DNA of 64,000 nucleotides from Octopus vulgaris (Eukaryota): contig OX597826.1 of NCBI GenBank assembly GCA_951406725.2, positions 16,492,001 through 16,556,000 on the forward strand, in the 5' to 3' direction. Below the pieces are notes generated by a model that was given only the letters and a program-made list of their open reading frames with translations, ran no database searches and had not been told where the DNA came from. Both the position numbers and the translations under genes were made by a program. This document shows, piece after piece, positions 12,618-23,519 of the stretch. Each line of letters begins with the position of its first letter. The first letter of the stretch is position 1.

Positions 12618-13683
12618 ATGATTCACTTCTGTAAAATGTTTTCTCGGTGTCAACTTCCGGTATTGACGTAGCAACGGCGAAATTGTCCGCTTTCACTTGC
12701 AAAGTCTCACAATCTTTATCTTGATGCGTTCATTTCACGTTTTAATTCGCTATTTCCAAACAACTAGGATAACTTACTGAAAGAAATATTTACCAAGTTC
12801 AAGAATTTAAATATTCGCTACAAGATAGTTTTTGACGAACTTTAAAATTATACGAATTTTACATTTTTTGTTTATCTCATTCATTTTATGCAACGTTCTC
12901 TCTCTCCTTCTCTCTCTCTTTCTCTTTCTCACGCACACACACACACATATACACATACACACTTTCTCTCTAATATAAATTCACACGCACACATACTCCA
13001 CGTTTGATTTTGGCATTACACAAATATCACATTAGCATTTGCAATTCAACATGGGCTTTCTTTTATTTGAACCCGCACATTCCGTTAATTTCCATAAAAT
13101 ACTTTTATTTTTATTTACCACCTTGTGCGCCGTGTTCAACTCTAAGTATTTGTAGTCAGTCACACAAGCAACGTCTATTTTACTGTGAACGTTTGTATAC
13201 ATTTATGCATGTAAGTGTGAAAGACAGTGAGTGAAGGGGGGTGTTGTTACGTATATGTACATACAAAAATACATAGGCATACATCATATTTGTATGTATG
13301 TGTGCGTGCGTGAGAGAGAGAGACAGAAAGAGAGAGTGCGAGTGATGTCTCAATGTGCGCTCACTCTCTTTCTCACACACACACACGCACACATATGTAT
13401 GCATATTTATTTATGCATGTACGCATACATGACCACACACCCCTTCTCCCTCTCTCTCCCTCTTACACACATCCATTTCATCTGACTTTTGATACTGTAT
13501 GTGTGCGTGAGAGTGCATGTGCGCGCGAGCGCTGTGCGTGGGGTGTCCTACATTCGCCATTTATTTCAATCACTCTTGTGAAGATATTCACATAAGTCAG
13601 TCATTTTTCCATTTAATCACCATTTTAATTCTCAAAAACGTTTTCGAGAACAATGATCTCACGTATTCATCTATGCTACGGAA

Positions 13684-13736
<53 letters not shown>

Positions 13737-13834
13737 TAAAACATAATATAATGAATAGCGATAGCGAAACCGGTCGACACATTAAAAATTATATTAAAAC
13801 TATGTAAGTGTGCGTATTTTCCTTTCTTTAATTT

Positions 13835-13874
<40 letters not shown>

Positions 13875-13878
<4 letters not shown>

Positions 13879-14606
13879 AAAGTTTGTTTGGTAAAGCACG
13901 TGGGTGAATATATAAGAAAATAGTAAAGTGTGAAAAAACGACAGAAGGCTTAAATGTTAAAAAATATATATATTTGTGTCAAAATGTCTGGAGAATATTG
14001 GAAAATTTTTTTTCCTTTCCTTAAAATGACATAATTTTAAATTTTTTAAAGAAATTACCGGTTTCGCGTGTAGCTTTTCAAATTTCTTGTGACGTTATGT
14101 TTATATTGCATGGAGTTATCGTTGTTTTTATTTCCAGGAGATTTCTAAATAAGGGGAGGTAGTGAGTGATTTTTTTCCGGTGTAGGGGAGATAATCGCTT
14201 AAAATTTTTTTTTTTTTCCCTTTTCCTTGTTAATTTCTCTGTGTCAGTATGTTCGGATGGTTGAGTCTGGGTTTGTACTTTTCAATGAAGAATGTTTCCT
14301 TGTTCAGTCTCATTTGTGTTGATGATCCGAAAGCACATTGGTAAAATGGGAAGATTAAAAATTGTGGCAGTAGTTGCTTTGCGCATTTCTCAATGTGCTC
14401 ACTAAAAGGTATCATTCTATATTCTGGGAATGCAATCTGTTGTCGATGCAGTGTGCATCTGCGCCTGAGCGATAGTTCGGATCATCAACACAAATGAGAC
14501 TGAACAAGGAAACATTCTTCATTGAAAAGTACAAACCCAGACTCAACCATCCGAACATACTGACACAGAGAAATTAACAAGGAAAAGGAAAAAAAAAAAA
14601 AAAAAA

Positions 14607-14612
<6 letters not shown>
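13875..14612 (-). mobile_element. 5'-truncated, 5'-inverted PLE (GIY-YIG C-terminus + pLTR)
   Basis: RRCTLHRQQI..IPFSEHIEKC..RLNKETFFIEKYKPRLN; 14476-14611 is an inverted copy of about 14201-14331; (TA)n on both sides. Confidence 0.85.
14049..14088 (-). ncRNA. minimal type I hammerhead ribozyme, U3-A8 variant
   Basis: aagaaat-TTGAAAA-gc[tacac]gc-GAAA-CCGG-TA-atttctt; perfect 7-bp stem I. Confidence 0.75.
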
Positions 14613-14662
<50 letters not shown>

Positions 14663-14663
<1 letters not shown>

Positions 14664-14906
14664 TTTCAGCGATTGACCTTGTGCTTTTTTAACTGTCATG
14701 GCGAAGCTGATTTTGGGAGGGAACTGACGTCTCCGCATGCGGTAGGGGCTGTCTGTTGGGGTCAGCGGAGTTAAAGACGGTTTCGTTTTTGCCGTGTCTC
14801 ATGATAATATGGGCTTCAATGACGTGGTCCATCATTTGTTTGACCACAAGGCGAGTTCCATTGCATAGTGTGGGCGTGTTGAGATTGCGGAGGCGGATGA
14901 CAGAGC
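14663..14906 (-). pseudogene. Helitron PIF1-like helicase fragment
   Basis: VIRLRNLNTPTLCNGTRLVVKQMMDHVIEAHI, then after a frameshift FPPKISFAMTVKKAQGQSL. Confidence 0.85.
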
Positions 14907-16274
14907 ATATATATATATAGAAATCGTACATTGAATGCTAGTATATGTAGTGTCTATTTTATATTGTTTGAACGCTAATATGTTGTATTCACTTACTCGC
15001 CGGAGTTGTTGTTAATTTGGATATTTTTCTAAAATAGTTTTATAATCTCTCTCATTTATGAGCTGTTAATATGACACAGAACATGAGACATGGGATTAAG
15101 AGTATTTAATATCTCTTACGAAAACTATATCAGGCCTGTGTGGCAGATGCATACGAATGGACACACATACTCAAAAACACACACGCATAGTCACAAATGA
15201 AAACATTCACCCATAGAGTAAACTAACAAAGACGTTTGGTTTGCATAACTTTATAATTGAACGTAGAATAATCACATGCATTTGGTTTGTACAAATAAGA
15301 ATCATATCAATCCTACTTCAATTAATGGAATAATGAATTAGATGGGGATTTGCCATTGTATCTAACCTCTTGAAGCAAATTGCCTTATTTCACAGTTTGT
15401 ATGGAACACGGTGCATGTCAGCCAGATTTTCTGAATGGAATTCTGACCGATATATTCACCCGGATGTCTTTAATCCCGACCATAACTTGTGTGTGTGTGT
15501 GTATATATATGTGTGCGTGTGTACTTGCGTGTTTACTGGTATGTGTGTGAGGGAATGGATAATATTGTTCGATCACCTAAATTATCCAATCATTGAATTA
15601 GCCTGTAATTGGCTGAGTATGTAAAAGAAAGCCTGCAATTAACGCAATTCTCATATAGACAATATTGTATGGTCAGGTTCAAAGCAAAATCTACCCAATA
15701 TACTTCAGCACATTTTCTCTCTTCTTAGTTTCATTCATATAGTATGGGTCATATTGAGACTGGATATTTGACTTTGTGACTGCAAAGCCAACTTTTTAAG
15801 CAATTTCCCAAGCTGCGCCTGTTCAAGTATAGCATGCATAAGTACAAACGTGTGACAAGGTGTTTTTGAACCTGTAAGAATGCAATTCACTATATTTTGT
15901 CATCAGAAATATCTTGTTGCTGTATAGAAATAAGGTGTAAACCAACTCAATTCGAAGCACTCCCTAATCAGTCTGAGGGATGTACGCATTTCGGAGTTAT
16001 CGCCAATTCACTGCAGATACTGGAAAGAGTGACGCTACAAACTAACGGGAGAGATAGATCTCTTCTAATATATTCCCATCATCGTGATGTGAGAGGTTGC
16101 GCCATTGTCGGCTAGCCCAAAAGTAAAATAAAAAACTGAAAGCAGTAATGGAGGAATTTGATTCCAGATGGCAAAGCACTGGAACAAATATTGCAAGTTA
16201 TTCAATCCTCGCTTCGAGCCGACCAAAGCCTTTTGAGCGGATTTCGTACACGGAAACTGAAAGCAGGCCATCGC

Positions 16275-16330
<56 letters not shown>

Positions 16331-16520
16331 TACAAAATTAGAGAATGGAGAAACATACTTAAATCAATAAAACATCAACTATCCGATGATACCCAATCAA
16401 TACTTTAATACACCATTACATATGAGTAGAGGCATTATACAAAAAGAGATATACATTAATAGTAAAAAGATAAAGAGATATAAGTAAAAAATTTCAAATA
16501 TAATATGCAATTAATCAAAA

Positions 16521-16628
16521 CTGACAGCTGTTTCGGCACTGAGGGCAGTCATACCCCATTTAACCTATAAGCCATAAAGGCAGGTATAAATGAGGCATTA
16601 ACAAGGATGCCCCACGGCCTCTTCAGAG
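16521..16628 (-). ncRNA. type I hammerhead ribozyme with extended stem-loop II
   Basis: ct-CTGAAGA-ggc.gtggggca[long insert]tgccctcagtgcc-GAAA-CAGCTG-TC-ag; GUC cleavage site and palindromic CAGCTG. Confidence 0.75.
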
Positions 16629-16969
16629 AATTAAATTAAATTTGTTATAATTGTGAAAAATATTATATAATCATATACATATAAATATAAAAATATAAAA
16701 ATGTAAAATATAAAAACTTATACATCATAATGCTACACTTATATAATATAATACACATTGGTACAATAAAGGAAGGTAAACAGAACAAAATAAAACAAAA
16801 TATATATCAGTGTATATATTAATATTAATAAGTACCGATATTATACATATTTGGCTAATATTTTTTTTTAAAAAACCTAACACATAGGGAGATGAAACAT
16901 AATAATTAAAACCATGGTTCAGTTCATAAAATTCTAAAGCTATAAAAGTTAATAAAAATTACTATTAAT

Positions 16970-17028
<59 letters not shown>

Positions 17029-18723
17029 TAGATACAGTTAAGTTTGCACAAGGTCCATCCTTTCAAGAACGAAATAACTATGAGTTTAGAAATGCTGACC
17101 ACTAGGTAAAGAAAATTTAGATTAATTCGATTGGCTATTGGTTTGAAATTTAAATCACAAAAGAAAATTATACGGTTGGTTAGTCAAGGAACGCCAATAT
17201 TCACACACGCATCTACAGATCAATCGCACATACACACATAGTTATATGTATATACATACACTTATACGCATACATAATCACAAGCAACAACTAGCACATA
17301 GATAAACAAAAAGGGAAGCAACTATGCTACCATTTAGTCCTTCAAAATTATAACTGTGCCTCAAATACCGAAAAAGAACCATCCATGCCTTTCATAAAAT
17401 AATTTAATTTAGATATAAATATATTTTTAAATATCAGTATGTTACTAAGTCAGATAATTATTTCATGGGTAACTTAAAATTTATAACACCGGTTTGTTGC
17501 ATAGTAAACATACGGTTGTTAGATTTATCGTAAGTTTGTTATGATTCCAAGTACGCTAAAATATAAAATAAAAAATATAAAATATATATTAATTTATATA
17601 TTATAAATAAATCACATATTTACTTAATAAATTTAATGCCATAATATACCAGTTTAGGTATTAAAAAATAGAAGGGGAAGTACTAATGTAAACGCTTATG
17701 AGAACATCACAGAAATTTTTAAAAATTTATATTATAAATACTTAAGATAAAATGCGATAAAATAAATAAGAAGGAATAAACACGAAGGAATAAATACGGT
17801 TATACACATATTATAAGTACAAACCAGTATATATGTATACATATATTATTAAAATTTAAATAAAAATAAATGATAGATATGTATGTATAAAACTACCCTA
17901 GTATAAGTAAATAAGTAAAAAATAAACAGATAACAAATTAGATGACTTGATATGTATGTAAACATCCACACTTAAATAGGCAAATAAATAAATAATTAGA
18001 AGACTAAATGCAGAGATTGATAACAATACAATAAAATAAAAAATAAATAAAGTGAATATATATGTTATATTGTTGAAGGTAAATATGTATGGAAGGATAA
18101 TTTAAAGTACAGATCCAGAGGACTATAGATATAAACTAAATATATAAGGCTGGTAATATTTATAAAGCCAAATGTATGTAAATGAAAAAATGAAAAAAAT
18201 GAAAAAATGAAAAAGGTTTATTAGTAAATAGCATAAGATACAAATTAAGGTGAGTACAAAGAAAGACCAAATATACAATAAAAACCTTCCAAATAAACAC
18301 GTACAAAAAACCTATATTCTCAACCTAAACACACCAAACTCATAAAAGGCTCTCCTATATTACATATTATACAATAACATTACATTATCTAGAGCTAGGT
18401 ATCTAACCAAGATATACATATATACTATGCAATATACTATGCAATATTAGAAAACTTCAAAATCACATATTACAAGGCAAATACCAAAATGAATATGTTA
18501 TTTCCTGTCATATTACATTTACCTTAAAAAACAAATAAAAACCCACATACAAAAACAAGAAACAAATAATACTAGACACATCTATTATTATTATACAAAT
18601 GTAGCTATAAAAATTATAAAATTATAAATTTATAAGTTGTATACTTTAGAATTATAGAAGACCACAGGTATAGTTAGTTAAAGAAGGGAGTTATAAATTT
18701 AATAATAGTGGAAGTGCTAAGTT

Positions 18724-21021
18724 CTATTTGAATCTAGAAAAGGTGAACGGTAGCTTATGAATGCAAAAGAAGTTTTTTTCATTAATGTTGTTAATAATTT
18801 GCCGACCCGCTTTAATAATGAAAAAAATTTCATTAATACATAGAGAGCATTTTTTATTTTTTCCATTATACACAGGTGCTGAAGTTAGTATTTTCCAGTT
18901 TAATCTAAAATCCAAGTTCTTACTTTTAAGTTCCCAAATATATGCACTAAGCCCTGTAGAGTACATTCTATTTTTATTTCTAAAAGTATATCTGTGATAA
19001 TTCAATCTTTGTTTTATGCTATTCATAGTTGCCCCGATATACACCCTACTACTCAATTGTGTATCTACAGTGCATTGGTAAACTACCTCCTTCCTGAGGC
19101 ATTGATTACCAAATACACATTTATTTTTGTTTCTGAAATTACAAAGATTAACAGAATGAGGAAATCTAAGATTGGTCTCCACCCCTATACTACCATTCAC
19201 ATTATAAGTGTTACAATTGTTATCATCATCCAAACCCAAAATCAACGAATGAGTTAATTTCACATTATCGGCTATATTCCTATCACTAGTACTAGTAATG
19301 GTAGTAGTAGTATGATCTATTACATTTATATTATCTCTGACAGGTACGGTGCACTCATTATTAGTAAGGGGGTTGTTCACATTCGTTCCAAGAAAGTTTC
19401 TATTCCTATTATTATTAAAGAGGGGCAAATTTCCCTGGTCTAAATTCAATTTTCTATCCTTATAGAAGTGATCCAGTTTCCTGTTATTAAAAGAGGAGAT
19501 AATGGTGGCTAGATTATGAGTAATGCTATATCCCACTCTAACAGTACCGTTGTTAATTAAAGGACTAAATTTATTCTTATCCTTACCAAAATGCCTAAAT
19601 ATAACATTATGCAAAGCTCTCACTATGTTTGTTTTAATCTGCATTGCATATGGGATAATCAACCATAATGTATCCTTATCAGAATTAGGATTGCCTATAG
19701 AATTATTGTTATTTGTAAAAATCCTATTCCTAGACCAACCCATAGGATTACTATTCTTACCACTGTCATTGTTATATCTATCTATATCAATATTCCCATG
19801 GTTATTGCGCAAGTATACTTTACCATTACCATGTCTACCATAAGTTTTAACTTGTATATTATTATTAATATTACTACTATTACCCGTAAGCTCAGATCTA
19901 TTTGAGCTACCGTTCACCTTTCCGAGGTTAACATCACTTCTACATTTATTATAGGTGTTATCATATATTCTATTTTTACTATTCTTATGTATATTGTTGT
20001 TTATCCTAAATCTATTGGTGTTGTTCCTGATAGTTCTACCTCCATTAGGAGGGTTCCCCTTAGGTATAAACCATATCTTGCTTTTGTATCCTGCCTTAAG
20101 CAATGCTGCATTGTATCTATCACAATGCTTGTTAAAAATTTCCTCGTTAGAGGATAAACTAGAAATTCTCTGACTAATGCTACGCACTAATGCATTTTTA
20201 ATTTGAGGGGGGTGATTACTTGAACGGTTAATATATATTAGGTTAGAATTAGGTTTAATATAGGGTTCATGTAAACCATTAGTAATGTTACAATTAACAT
20301 CTAAATAATTAGCAGAATAATTTTCACTTTCAATGATAATGGATAGGCCGAAACTTTTAAAAAATTTATTTATTCTTTTTTTCAGAAGATCTAATCTCCT
20401 ATTTGATGTATTCTTAACACAAAATAAGGCGTCATCCCTGTATAATCCACCTTTTAGTTCAGGGAATTCCCTACTAAAGTTATCTAGTAGATACATCCCA
20501 ACTAGATCAGTCACCTCCGCCGAGTCCGGCGATCCCATTGTGATATCGAACAAGTTGGGTGTGTCCTTTCTAGCCCAAAGTTTATTATCAAACTCTATTA
20601 AAGTTTTCCTGGCTGTTAGTATAACCTTAATCTCCCCCATACTTAATTTAGTGTGTTTTCTAGCAAAAATTAAGGACTTATTTAATATAATAGGGTTAAT
20701 GGAAGTGTAATAATTCTGTATATCCAATTGGATAAATTTATTTCTATTATAGCTAAAGTTGTTACTGTCACAGACCTTAATGGCAGAAAACCAATCCAAA
20801 GCACCCTGAGTATTCTTCCAAAGGTTTAGTTTGATTTTATTGCGGATGGTGGGTAGATATTTGTCTAGAATGAGTTTGCTTAGTCTGCCTAAGTCAGATT
20901 TAGTGGGGCAAATTAATCTGACCTGTGTGTTTCCAAGAAAATTCTCTTTATGATCCTTTAGTGTAATTCTCGGTCTAGATGGGGTGTAGGGTTCCGTTTT
21001 TTCTTCTAGGTAGTAGTCAAA
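18724..21021 (-). CDS. PLE reverse transcriptase + C-terminal GIY-YIG endonuclease (N-terminally truncated, about 765 aa without stops)
   Basis: RT motifs ITLKDHKENF..RLICP, FIQLDIQNYYTSI, FDITMGSPDSAE, GLYRDD, NYLDV. Endonuclease motifs VVY..VYIGAT..KQRLNYH..CSLCINE..CIH. The first ~103 codons of the 869-aa ORF are SINE antisense and microsatellite. Confidence 0.9.
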   Translation of the reverse strand, partial: FDYYLEEKTEPYTPSRPRITLKDHKENFLGNTQVRLICPTKSDLGRLSKLILDKYLPTIRNKIKLNLWKNTQGALDWFSAIKVCDSNNFSYNRNKFIQLDIQNYYTSINPIILNKSLIFARKHTKLSMGEIKVILTARKTLIEFDNKLWARKDTPNLFDITMGSPDSAEVTDLVGMYLLDNFSREFPELKGGLYRDDALFCVKNTSNRRLDLLKKRINKFFKSFGLSIIIESENYSANYLDVNCNITNGLHEPYIKPNSNLIYINRSSNHPPQIKNALVRSISQRISSLSSNEEIFNKHCDRYNAALLKAGYKSKIWFIPKGNPPNGGRTIRNNTNRFRINNNIHKNSKNRIYDNTYNKCRSDVNLGKVNGSSNRSELTGNSSNINNNIQVKTYGRHGNGKVYLRNNHGNIDIDRYNNDSGKNSNPMGWSRNRIFTNNNNSIGNPNSDKDTLWLIIPYAMQIKTNIVRALHNVIFRHFGKDKNKFSPLINNGTVRVGYSITHNLATIISSFNNRKLDHFYKDRKLNLDQGNLPLFNNNRNRNFLGTNVNNPLTNNECTVPVRDNINVIDHTTTTITSTSDRNIADNVKLTHSLILGLDDDNNCNTYNVNGSIGVETNLRFPHSVNLCNFRNKNKCVFGNQCLRKEVVYQCTVDTQLSSRVYIGATMNSIKQRLNYHRYTFRNKNRMYSTGLSAYIWELKSKNLDFRLNWKILTSAPVYNGKNKKCSLCINEIFFIIKAGRQIINNINEKNFFCIHKLPFTFSRFK

Positions 21022-21054
<33 letters not shown>

Positions 21055-21397
21055 CGTGTGGATGTGTGTGTATTTGTGTGTGTGTGTGTGTGTCTGTGTC
21101 TGTGTCTGTGTGTTTGTGTGTGTATTATGTATGTATGTATATGTGTGTATATGCTTGTTTCTCTGTGTTTGTCCCCCAAATATAGCTTGATAACCGATGG
21201 TGGTCTGTTTACGTACCCGTAACTTACCGGTTCGGCAAAAGAGCCCGATAGAATAAGTACTAAGCTTACAAAGAATAAGTACTGCGGTCGATTTGCTCGA
21301 CGAAAGGCGGTGCTCCAGCATGGCCACAGTCAAATGACTGAAACAATTAAAAGAGTAACGAGTGTGTATATATATATATGTATATGTATATATATAT

Positions 21398-23009
21398 AAC
21401 GGGAAGCTTTATGAAAATAGACAAAAGACGAAGGCAGGTGGAAGACAAACGAACAATTGTATTAGTATGGCGCTCAGGAAATATAAATAAAACAAGTCTT
21501 TAACGTTTCGAGCCTACGCTCTTCAACAGAAAGATACACAGAGAGAAAAAAACACAGAAAAAGGAGAGAAAAAAATGCGTGCAGTAGCTAACGAATCAAC
21601 ATGGCGATCTGATTTCGGCCAGAGGTCAAAGATCAAACATGAGACGCGAGAGCGAAATAAGGGGAGATAATAGGGTTGATAATAGGGTTGAAGGACCAGC
21701 TAATAGTGCGTAGGAGGGGTCTGGAAGTGTGTATGTATAGGGTTGGTGTATGTATTAGTATGTATAAGGGTGTGTGTGTGTATGAGAGAGTATTAGTGCG
21801 TAGGATTGGTCTGGACGTGCGTATGTATGGGGTAGGTGTATGTATTAGTATGTATTAGTATGTATTAGTACGTATTAGTATATATAAGTGTGTGTGTGTG
21901 TGTGTGTATGAGAGAGTATAAGTGCGTATGAGGGGTTTGGACGTGTTCATGTATAGGGTTGGTGTATGTATTAGTATGTATTAGTACGTATTAGTATGTA
22001 TTAGTTGGTGTATGTATTAGTATGGCACATCATATATGATGTGATGTGTAAAGTCGTGTGGTGTAGTGAGGAGAAGAGGGGGAGGGGAGAAGAGGGGGGA
22101 GAGAAGGGGAGGGGAAGAAGAGGGGGAAGAGAGGGGTAGAGGAGAGGAGGGGGAGAGAAAAGGAGGGGGAGAAGGAAGGGGAGGAGGGGGAGGAAGGAGG
22201 AAAGAGGGATAGGGGGAGTGAGGGAGTGAGGGAGCAGAGGGAAGAGGGAAGGAGGGAGGGAGAAAGAGGGAAGAAGGGAAGGGGAGTAGGGGTGAAAGGA
22301 TGAAGGACTGAAGAAGTAGGGGTCGGGGGGAAAGGATAGGTGAGGAGGGGGAGAGAGGGGTTAGATGAGGAGGGGGGAGAGTTGAGACCAAATGGCGTAT
22401 AAGAGCGAAGAGAGAAGATTAATTCCTGTTCACGGCGCAAACGGGAATCCGGATGGCCTCTGTGTAAAGACAAACCGAACACAGATAGTTGTTGCAAGGA
22501 GTGACCGGTGGAGCGGAAATGGCGTGAGACCGGTGTGTCGTTCGCAAGGTGGATGTCACGAAGGTGTTCCGCGAACCGGTCAGCCAAACGGCGTCCCGTT
22601 TGTCCGATGTACAAGGAATTGCAGAGAGAGCAAGAGATGCAATAGATAATATTGTTGGAGGTGCAGGTGAAGGAGTGGATGATGGGATAGGGTCGATGGT
22701 GGGTGCTAGTGAGGCGGGTGGTGTTGGAGAGGTAAGGGCAAGTGCGGCAACGTGGGCGGGAGCAGGGGAACGAGCCGGGTTGGGAGGTAGGGTCAGGGAA
22801 GGAGCTATGGACCAAAAGGTCTCGAAGGTTGTGGGCTCGTTTGAAAGAGGGGAGGGGTCGGTTAGGGAAGAGGTGTGAAGTGGACGGGTCGGACTGGAGA
22901 TGACGGAAAGCTCGAAGAATGGTGCGTTGGAGACGTAGGGTCGTGGGGTGGTAAGTGAGGGGAAAAGGGAGGCGGGAGACTACAGGGCGGGTTCGGGGAG
23001 AGAGAGCAG

Positions 23010-23010
<1 letters not shown>
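21398..23010 (-). mobile_element. Neptune-type PLE 3' part (linker + GIY-YIG + 3' UTR/pLTR)
   Basis: PLTYHP..KRAHNLRDLLVHS..CSRPRCRTC..FTCTSNNIIYCISCSLCNSLYIGQTGRRLADRFAEH..PVSRHF..H..RLRREQELIFSL..GLN; (TA)n on both sides. Confidence 0.9.
21497..21534 (-). ncRNA. hammerhead-like motif with non-canonical core
   Basis: tcttt-CTGTTGAA-gagc[gtag]gctc-GAAA-CG-TT-aaaga. Confidence 0.55.
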
Positions 23011-23056
<46 letters not shown>

Positions 23057-23079
23057 TGCACTCTTTACTCTTTATATAT

Positions 23080-23301
23080 AAATAAGCACCAATTATATCT
23101 TCGGTAATTTGGTACGAACGATCGTTTCATGCTACTTCCAGTTTTAAAATGGTGAGCAATCTTCAGCCATTTAGAAAAGTATTCCATCAAACGGACAATA
23201 CACCGCCTTTCGTCGAGCAAATCGACTCCAGTACTTATTCTTTGTCCGTTTGGTGGAAGATTTCTATAGATGGCTGAAGATTGCTCAACATGTTAAAACT
23301 G
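23080..23301 (-). mobile_element. PLE pLTR fold-back with decayed HHR (23110-23170)
   Basis: Arms 23139-23198 and 23242-23301; tgg-CTGAAGA-ttgc..gcat-GAAA-CGATCG-T[tcgt duplication]A-cca. Confidence 0.65.
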
Positions 23302-23483
23302 ATGTAATACGTACAATGTAATTGTAATTATACACACGTCTTTTAAGAAATTGGTGATTACATGTTTGCGCATTGATATTTTCGTAAATAATTATGAATT
23401 GCTTATGATATATCCCTCGTAATGTATTTTTACATTCCTCTTTTATATATATATGTGTGTGTATGTATATATACATGTATGTA

Positions 23484-23519
<36 letters not shown>

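Larger units (their letters stand above)
16330..21022 (-). mobile_element. Penelope-like retroelement, 5'-truncated, young (possibly Hydra-type clade)
   Basis: Open RT-EN ORF, about 2.4-kb AT-rich 3' region, HHR near the 3' end, and both ends in TA repeats. Confidence 0.9.
16210..21363 (+). mobile_element. SINE family A copy split by the 4.7-kb PLE
   Basis: Head part 16210-16275 (cgagccgaccaaagcc..cggaaactgaaag) and tail 21160-21363 (tgtttgtcccc..gctccagcatggccacagtcaaatgactgaaac) are collinear with the intact copy at 60637-61065. Confidence 0.8.
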
